Shown one piece after another: positions 28,361-64,000 of a stretch of DNA of 64,000 nucleotides; the first letter of the stretch is position 1; every line of letters begins with the position of its first letter. The DNA comes from Amoebidium appalachense. Taxonomy: Eukaryota; Protista; Ichthyosporea. A program made the position numbers and the translations under genes. The notes below the pieces were generated by a model. That model was not told where the DNA came from, made no database searches, and was given only the letters and a program-made list of their open reading frames with translations. The DNA lies in assembly GCA_963693365.1 (NCBI GenBank), contig CAVNZM010000006.1, positions 3,286,001 to 3,350,000 on the forward strand, in the 5' to 3' direction.

Positions 28361-29297
28361 CTATTTTTTGCTCTCACCATACCACGTCAACGTATTCTTC
28401 ATGCCCCCAGCCAGGGGTGTGGGGTTCCCAAACTCGGGGAAGGCATCCTGAAAGTCGGAAACCACACTGAAATGTACCGTAAATTGATATGACATTTCGT
28501 TGACTTCAGCCAGCACTCCCACCACGTAACCCAATCCCTTCATAATCCACGGTGATACGGCCGAAATTTTCGAATTTTTCCCGGTGATTTTGTTGCACAT
28601 ATCCACTATTTCGGTGGGTGACGCCGCAGGTGCGTTAGGTACGTGCCACGCGCGTCCCCACGCCTTCTCGTTCGTTCCGGCGATAGCCAGAGCTTTTGCG
28701 AAATCTGGAACATAAGTGTACGAGTGGCGTGCATTCACAGGACCAGCCATCCACCACACCCTAGAACCGGTTAGAAGGTTGGGGAACACATACTCGCCCA
28801 TGAGCGAATTAGTGACACCCGCGCCGTAGAAATCCGCCGCACGCACAACACACGTCCTCACGCGGCCCTGCTTGTGTGCATCTTCCAAAGTGCGATTGAG
28901 TGCAGCGCGAATGGCCGCTTACGCAGTGTCTTGCTCGTGGTGTAGGGGGTGGAAGTTGTGAGTGTAAGTGTCGGGAGTGAGTTGTCCTTTTCGTTGTTTG
29001 GATCAGCGCGCTGGGTGGCATCTGGGCCGTAGCTGTAAACGTTGTCTGCATGTACAAGGACCGCCCCACTAGCCTCGGCGGCAGCAAGCAGATTGTCGAT
29101 TACTATGGGCCAGTCGCGGGCCCACACGGTGCTGTTGTACTCTTTGAAGCCGATGCAGTTGTAGATGGTGCTTGCACCAGTACAGGCATGGATGATGCTC
29201 TCCCTGGGGTGGTAGTTTTAAAGTTAGAGTTTCATTCGTACTATGCCATTATGACATGTATACACATATACATACACATACACAATTACATAAATAA

Positions 29298-29368
<71 letters not shown>

Positions 29369-29927
29369 AAAAAAAAGGAAAAATAATAAGCGCATTTTTG
29401 TTCCCCCCTACTAGCTAGGTTTATTCAACGCGAGCATTGAAGTTGGACAAAAAAAACGCGAGCATACACAAAATTCACACTGTCAAAAATGTGAGTGTAA
29501 ACGGAGAGAGAGATAATATATTGCATCCACACACTGGCACGTGTCATGTTTGACTTTATCATTAAACAGGTGTGCATAATGATGAAATCTGCATGGAAGT
29601 GCACTGCGCAAAAACAACATACAAGCAACGACAAGTGTGTCCGACCCGACACAAGTGCACAACCACCCAACCATAAGCAGTCAGATTTCGACCTGTAAAA
29701 AGGGTTACTTACTTGTTCATAGCATCTCCAGCCACATGAACGACTTTTCCCGCGGCGACCAGGTCTTGGAGTTGGGCTGGGGGCTTCGGGCCCCTCCCCA
29801 CCGTTTGCACTTGAATTTTTGCCCCCGCAGCCGCCGGCAAAGTCTGTTCGGCAAGATAGCGTGCAAGCGCCGTTCCTACAGGCCCACTTGCGCCGACAAT
29901 AACATGCAGTTGAGTCGTAGACGCCAT
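28361..29927 (-). CDS. NAD-dependent epimerase/dehydratase (atypical SDR), 2 exons, with an internal -1 frame discontinuity near 28915-28922
   Basis: Exon 1 is 29927-29713 (MASTTQLHVIVGASGPVG, Rossmann GxxGxxG; donor GTAAGT). Exon 2 is 29203-28361 (IYNCIG, DNVYSYG, RAADFYG, HSYTYVPDFAKAL, AWGRAWHVP; stop TAG). The summed length of 1058 nt is one base short of a codon multiple. Confidence 0.85.
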
Positions 29928-29929
29928 TT

Positions 29930-30820
29930 TTTTGTGATGGTTGTTCGTTTCTAGTAAGTGTAGGTGTTGGTTTTAGAAATTCGCTCGTTTCTCGCTGGTT
30001 TGCTGTTTTCAAGTTGAATGAAGAACATGTGCGCCGTTGTTGTTTTATACCGGTGGATTATCTGATTCAACCAATCAAAAGGGTTAACCCTATTACGTCA
30101 GCATTAGCCAATCAAAAAAGTGCTGAGTAACTCTCTCGCAAATCAAAACTGCGAAGTTTAAAAAGTATATTTCCAAACATGGTTATTGCTTTTAATTTTT
30201 GAGTGTTCTGATTGCCGCCGGCCGGGAGGCAAAAAAAGAAGGGATAGGATTGTTGTTTATCAAGCAGCCTAATAACAGTTTTGAGGTATAAAATAAACAA
30301 TAGAGCTGGAGGGCTTGAGTGTGCACAGTTACTGTTTTTATATATATTTTATTTGGGTGGTGGTGCTCAAGAGAGGACGGTGCGTTCGCGGTGGGTTCGA
30401 AAGGCCAATTGTACTATTTTTAGTTACATTTCTTTGAAACCCTGGCGGCCCAGCAAGAGAAGAACTCGGAACTCCGACGTCGACCCTGCAGAGGAGCAAA
30501 AATATTCATAGGCACTTACATACGTTACTGTAGATGCTATTTGCTATTTGTCTTTTAGATCTAGATCTACAGTTGAATGAAGTCGTAGACCCTCAGTTTG
30601 TGTGCAAATTTTAGGACAGCTGTCGATTGTATGCACAGCCAATTGGGCTTGATTGTGGCACATTGACAAAACAAGATTGAGGAGGTTACTAGGCCAGAGG
30701 CAAGGGGGCATTTCAAGTGTGATTTGCAGGTGCCTAGATGTTTCTCTAGAGTTCCCACGCGTAGGTGGATAAGGCAGACGAACGGTGTAGAGGCATCCCG
30801 GTGCTCCAGACTCGTACACC
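29930..30820. promoter_or_regulatory. Divergent promoter region between the SDR gene and AP3D1
   Basis: Head-to-head starts about 0.9 kb apart in a microsatellite-free interval. CCAATCA at 30071 and 30108 flanks a CRE-like TTACGTCA at 30093. Confidence 0.5.
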
Positions 30821-58280
<27,460 letters not shown>

Positions 58281-58615
58281 TTTATCCCCTTGTTTGAGAT
58301 ATGGCGCCCAGGCTTTTAGTATATCCAACTGTGTGAGATATACCGGCTTGGCATAGTACACGTATCTACCTATGTGAGATACAGCGCCTGGGCTTAGCAT
58401 ATTTAACTGTGTGGGGGATGCATCATGTACCGTGAGTTACACACACAAACAAGTATATCTCGGTGAATGTGATATCCCAAACGCAAATATGTAATCAATC
58501 CCCTCTAGCAACAAGAACTTCGAACTCACTGCAGTTTTGAGTTTGGTGGCCGGAAAACCGTGCTAACAAGCTTCGGTTATCGGTTATTCAGGTGCAAGCA
58601 AGATTGTTTCCTTCG

Positions 58616-58677
58616 GTTTTTTTTTTTTTTGTTTGCAATTGCCACTTGGCGTACGCGTGCGTCCAAGGGAAGCGATT

Positions 58678-58711
<34 letters not shown>

Positions 58712-58757
58712 TTTGCAATTGCCACTTGGCGTACGCGTGCGTCCAAGGGAAGCGATT

Positions 58758-58790
<33 letters not shown>

Positions 58791-58835
58791 CAACTGCCAC
58801 TTGGCGTACGCGTGCGTCCAAGGGAAGCGATTTGA
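58616..58835 (-). repeat. Three copies of an approximately 50-bp unit, each with an A-tail on the minus strand
   Basis: Plus-strand unit GTTTGCAATTGCCACTTGGCGTACGCGTGCGTCCAAGGGAAGCGATTTGA at 58631, 58711 and 58791 (partial), separated by about T30. Confidence 0.9.
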
Positions 58836-60574
58836 AGTAACTTGTCGTTTCGAGCCTGATAATGTTTTCTTTGACTATCGCATCTATCACTTACTTAATT
58901 TGTTAAGCTTTTTGGGACGAGTATTTTTGTATTGGAGCAGAGTAGACGAGTCACAACACTTCTGCATGGACCGACTTGAGACATAGCACAGAATATCCAC
59001 ATCGTTGCAAGTCAACCCTCGCGAATGTAAATGCAATGTTATCGGGAAATAAAGGCTGGGTTTTCGATGTTATGCACTGTGGGGGTATGGCCTGGAAGGG
59101 TCGTTTACAAAAGTTTCGCGGTTTTGGAATGCTGCTCCTTGAACAGCCCTGTGACGTCTTCGTACCACACGAAAACGCACACACACACACACTAGGCCTA
59201 AGGTCCCCCCCCCCCCCCCCTGGTATTTACTACCTGAGCAGAGTGGACAGCTAGATGATACATACCATGGAGCACATGCTGTATAGAACTGGAGTTGTTT
59301 GCCCAAAATATGTAAATCGATTCAGACACAATTGGCACATATGCATAGTAGTAATACCCGCAGGGTAAAATGCCCATCATAATGACACCAATCCTAGGAG
59401 CCAGTCACAACCGTGTCTGGCTTTCGTTTAATAACTTTCTCTGCCTGAACATAACAAGACAACCTCGAAAAGTAAAGTATTGTCTACCTCTATTAACAAT
59501 CCTCGTACAGAGATATATATATACTTGTATAGTATATAATCAAACACAAGTACTGTATCTTACTCGATGCTACACCGTATCAAGTGGTCTCTTTAACAGA
59601 ATACGGACCACACTCGTCAGGCACTTAAAGGAATATATGCATATCGGAAGGCCGCACTGCTAGCCAGCACTCTGGGGCACAAGCAAAGACACTTGCGCCT
59701 ATGCCTCCTGAGCCAAATATAGACGCAGAAGGGACCCAGTGCACACATGCGACAAAAGCATATGTAAGACACTAGACATACAGCAGCTATGATAAACATT
59801 TCCTGACACGATCATGTCCACACAGCACGCCGGGCCCAGCTAGCTGCAGCTATGCTAGCACTCATTCATATCGAAGCTATATGATGCTCTTTACTATGTG
59901 CACGAATCTACACTAATAGAATCAAGTACATCACGCATGCACACCGTACCACACACACAGAGAGAGAGGCAGGGAGGGGGGGGGGGAGCGAGCGAGAGAG
60001 AGTGCGTGTGTCAAATGTGAAAGGCGGGGACGAGAGAAGAAAGGAAAAGGAGAGAGGAAGAAAAGATGGGAAGGATACAAATGTTAAGATATAATACACC
60101 CACACAAAAGCAAAGAACAAAACTCCGGTTTACACAGACACAGGTGTACGTACATGTACGCAACCCCCCCCCCTCCCCCCCTTAAATTCATGAAACTAGT
60201 ACTCTAGGGCCATTTCCCACCGTCCCTACACCTGGGGGCTTTCTACTGCAGCCTATTGGCCGACCTGTACCACACAGTGCTTTGTAAGAGATATACCCCA
60301 TCACTCTGCAATTTTCACGTACACCCTCAACACACACACACACCCATTATGCGCCTATACACAAAATTTACGCAAGAGAAATTGTTGAGCTGCAACCAAC
60401 TGCCGTGTTCACCTGTCCACTAAACAACCATTTTTACCACACCTACCCCAAGGGAACCGACAGCCTGAAAGAAAAGTCGTGCCAGTAATATTGACGGGCC
60501 ATTCCATCCAGCCTCCACCTCAGGCCCGAACCTGCAAGGTTGTGGCTAGTCAAGCACGGAAGGGGGTGGGGGTG

Positions 60575-61045
60575 GGGGGGGGGGGGGGGGGGGTTGAATG
60601 CGGAACACGGTACGAAGTACGCATACACGACGAGAAGCATGGTGCAGGACACATGCAAAGGCAAACATTCAAGTATGCAACATCAGCCATGTGCACAGTA
60701 TGCGTCATAAGCAGAGCCCATCCTCAGGGAGGACCCAAGTCATCAATTGCGTCTGAGTTTCGACCCCTTAGCCCGCGTATATACGACGCTCCAACTCAGA
60801 CAGCAGTATCAACTGAACTTGGGCGGGTCAACCCGTCTTGATCAAAGACGAGCAGGGTTGCTTATGCAAGCAAGGTGAGCAAAACGGTGGGGGGGGGGGG
60901 ATGTATGCGTTAGAGGGTTGGAAATATGGAGAGACAACGAAGGGAAACAACAAAACGTAACCAAAATGAGAAACCCAAAATCAGACATTTAAGCGTGCAG
61001 GCAGAAGACACTTGAACAGAGCCCATCATAAGGGGGTTCCTATGA
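60575..61045 (-). mobile_element. Family B copy followed by a 5'-truncated family A copy, minus orientation
   Basis: The reverse complement reads B (61045-60901, ending CCAACCCTCTAACGCATACAT), a C-run, A (60889-60594, ending CGCATTCAA), then a C-run. Confidence 0.85.
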
Positions 61046-61866
61046 GGAGGAGGAGAGAGGGGGGGGGGGGGGTTTAGAGGGGGGGGGGGGGGGGGGAGGA
61101 GGAGGGGGAGAGGGGAAGGGAGGGGAGGCGAGAAAGGGGCAGAAGGGCCCGGGAGGGGGGGGGGGAGTGAGGTGAGGAAGGAAAGGGAGGTACTGCACTG
61201 TGGAGAGCAGAGACGGGGGCAGGGGGAGGGTGTGGGTGTGGGAGGAAGAGGGGGAGGGGGAGGGACGAGGGAGGGGGAGGATTGGAAAGACAAGGAAGGG
61301 GAGGAACAAGACAGAAGGTTGGATGAGTGAGAGAGAAAGAGAGGGAGGAGTGGAGAGTGACGGAAATGGGGAGGAGGGTACAACCTTTCTTACTAATCTA
61401 TCCAGTTTAGATAATATTTTGGCAGAGCTCAAAGTTTAGGATATTAGGCATAAAGCAAAAACCAACTTGCCGGCATAAAAACAACAAACATAAATGGCCA
61501 GACTAGGGGAAGCGGGCATGTACAGGGCATGTAGGGGAAGGGGGGGTGGACCATGATGAAAACAGGGTTGTATCAAACCTTACAAAGTGGCCCGATTATC
61601 TGCTAGAGCAATCTTTTTTGGATAGTAAGTATGGATATAGTGTTTTCTACAAACATTGTTCACAGAAAAAAATAACTTCTGGTTCAACAAGCAACCAACC
61701 AACTACACCAAGGCCCGATATGTATTACGATTACATTCGATTATGGAGATTTCGTATCATAAAACCTCTGTCGTCGATCTAATTACTGTATCGAAATTCC
61801 TCTATCATAACATTACTGCTTTGGCTAATCCGAGCATGGCCGGAGGCGAGAATTGCGTGTTTCCAG

Positions 61867-63874
61867 TTATCTTAATGGGGCCCTTGCTCTCTACGATATA
61901 TATTCCTCTTAGTTTGAGTGCCCCAAGGGTGGCAGGGGACAGGGAAAAGGGAACGGGGGAAGGGGGGGGGGGGAGGCTGAACTCACCACTGTCACACATC
62001 CCTGTGCATGCAGATGTGAGAGGTCCCATGGGGACCCAAACGGCAGCTCCAGCCGGCGCAAAGTGGGATGGTCTGCCAAACACAACAGATTGCTCACTTC
62101 GGGCAAGCCCCCGAGACTCAGGTCGGCAAGGTTTAAACATAAGCGTAGTGTCAGGGTTTCCAACGGTAGGCCGGTCAACGGGGCAAGGGTGGTGACGCCT
62201 GCCATATCGGACATATTGAGGCGACGTAGACGCCTACAGGAGGCCAGAGTTTGTATCGATTTGAAGCTGCATGTCGTGAATACGGCGCTTTCTAGGGGTA
62301 GTCCGGCAAGTGGTTCGATGGAAGAAAACACACAATTCCTAAATGTGATGTCGGTCAGCTGCGTGCACGTGCGCAGCGCATCGATGTTATCTAGCTCTAC
62401 ATTCGTGAGAACGAGGGATCTGATTGGGCTCCCCGCCAGCGCCGCGATGTCACTAATATGAGACCTGACTAGGCGTGCTGTCTGCAGGCGGCTGTTAGAG
62501 CAAGGCCCCCCGAGGCTGGTGAGTTCTACATACTCCACGTGCAAGTCTTGAAGGTATGGATAGTCGGCGAGTGAAAACTGGATCGGTTCGAAACCCGATT
62601 CACGAGAAATGCGGGTTAGGTTGGTAGCGCCCATTGCCGTAAGCACTGGTATTTGCGTGCACCACTTGTGCATTAACCGCAATGCCGAAGTGTGTTGGCC
62701 GACCCGCGTAAGAACCCAACATCCGGCTCGTGATCCTCCTCCTCGTCGAAATCGCCACACGACAAAGACACCTCGGTGAGACTCACACAGTCGCCCGTCA
62801 CCCCAGCCACCTCCGTCATCTCAAGAACACGTAGGTTCGGGAGGTGGGGAAGTTGAACAACTGTGGGCGCCCTGTCTTCTTCGTCTTCAAAGTCCTCTTC
62901 TTCGGTTTCTTTTTTAGCATCCACAAAAAGGTGGCGTAGGTGTGGGCATGCCGTCAGGGGGGACAGATCTAAAATGGGCACTTTCACGTTGCAGAGTTTC
63001 AATACACGAAGGTTGGTGGCCATGCCGAGGAACGCTACCCCGTCTCGGTAAATATCGTCTCCCCCGAGCATCAACTCGCGAACAGCCGGCGCGCACTCCA
63101 GGACTGATGTTGCCGCGGACCTCGAAGGGCCGAGGACAACTACCTCCGCCTTGTGTAGCATCGGCCTGTGCCCGCGGACTGATGTGGGCCAATGAAGCCC
63201 AGTAACACTCAGCCTGAGAAGATTGGGACAGTGCTCCCACAAAAACGAAACCAGCGCCGCCTCTGCAGCTTCATCTCGGTCATCATCTTAGGGTTCGGGC
63301 AATGCCAGTGTGAGTTCTTTCAACTGCGCTCCACGGGTCATCAACACCGAATGCAGCAGTGGTTCCAAAATCAACATGTAGTCTGTGCTGTGCTCTTCGA
63401 ACGATACCGTTAAGGTTTTCAGATTGGGAAGCGACAACATTGCCAGGGCATAGGCGGCGCCCACAAATCCATTTCCTGGATCATCATCGTTATCGAATTC
63501 GGGTAGAGTCACCTCCACACCGGTTATTGCTTTTGACCACGCGTTAATACACAAGGTGAAAGCGCACGGCCATCTCTCAGAAAGAGCAGAACCATTCTCT
63601 TTCAGGTTACCGACCATGGGAAAGCACACGGTGACAGGACCAGAGTGGATTCTGCGCGCAATGCCGTGAAGAGCGTGGCATGTTGCCGAAACTGACGTTC
63701 GGTCCTTGAGGGGCAGGTGGCTGACAATACACCCAAGCAGCTCGGGGGCTAGTAGAGACAAGGGGCAGGCTGGTGGTGTGGGGAAGTAAAAGTCCGTTTG
63801 GTGTAGTCCCAGTGGCTATGGTGGCTTCAAAGGGCCCCGGGGGTCTCTGGTGCCACTGCGGTAGTAAAACCCAT
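61867..63874 (-). pseudogene. F-box/leucine-rich-repeat protein, disrupted
   Basis: An F-box-like segment (LSLLAPELLGCIVSHLPLKDRTSVSATCHALH, from 63761) is followed by LRRs (LPNLKTLTV, CPNLLRLSV, LDLSPLTACPHLRHL, IAALAGSPIRSL, IEPLAGLPLES, LAPLTGLPLETL). There is an in-frame TAA at 63290-63288, a -1 frameshift near 62685, and no in-frame ATG (the ATG near 63874 is out of frame). A short terminal intron (GTGAGT near 61987) and a last exon at 61890-61867 are likely. Confidence 0.8.
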
Positions 63875-64000
63875 TTTCACCACAAACTCACTTCACTCTC
63901 CTCGTGTTCTAGTCCCGTGAACCACCTATTTACGTCAGTCGGCATTTCACCAGGATTTGCTATAGAACCAGGCAATTAACAACAGACAAAACCCACCACA

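Noticed and set aside
61867-64000. Endogenous giant-virus segment
   Set aside because: Only one F-box/LRR pseudogene is visible and there is no viral hallmark gene in the window.

Overview
Eukaryotic genomic DNA with intron-dense genes. The introns are packed with (CA/GT)n, (CT/GA)n and long poly-C/poly-G runs, so almost all ORFs in the six-frame track are low-complexity artefacts. Manual GT-AG splicing with phase checks recovers five loci. (1) The 3' 17 exons of a HEAT/ARM-repeat protein (+, 385-13935). (2) An intronless equilibrative nucleoside transporter (+, 20205-21587). (3) An atypical-SDR/NAD-dependent epimerase gene with one intron and a -1 frame discontinuity (-, 28361-29927). (4) A 31-exon AP-3 delta adaptin gene (+, 30821-58280). 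(5) A disrupted F-box/LRR gene (-, about 61867-63874). The most interesting signal is a dispersed, partly tandem (453-bp unit) structured repeat superfamily. Its copies end in poly-C, are variably 5'-truncated at poly-C tracts, and lie in sense orientation in introns. Across diverged subfamilies they conserve hammerhead-core motifs (GUU, GUCGAAA, CUGANGAU), but in a non-circularly permuted order. This makes it a candidate ribozyme-bearing, poly-C-tailed retrozyme/SINE-like element. Other notable patterns are splice sites built directly from microsatellites, tandem duplications seeded on splice signals, a fold-back intron, a TIR element and a hairpin-plus-poly(A) mini-array. The organism cannot be named from the sequence; an opisthokont-like protist is only an inference.
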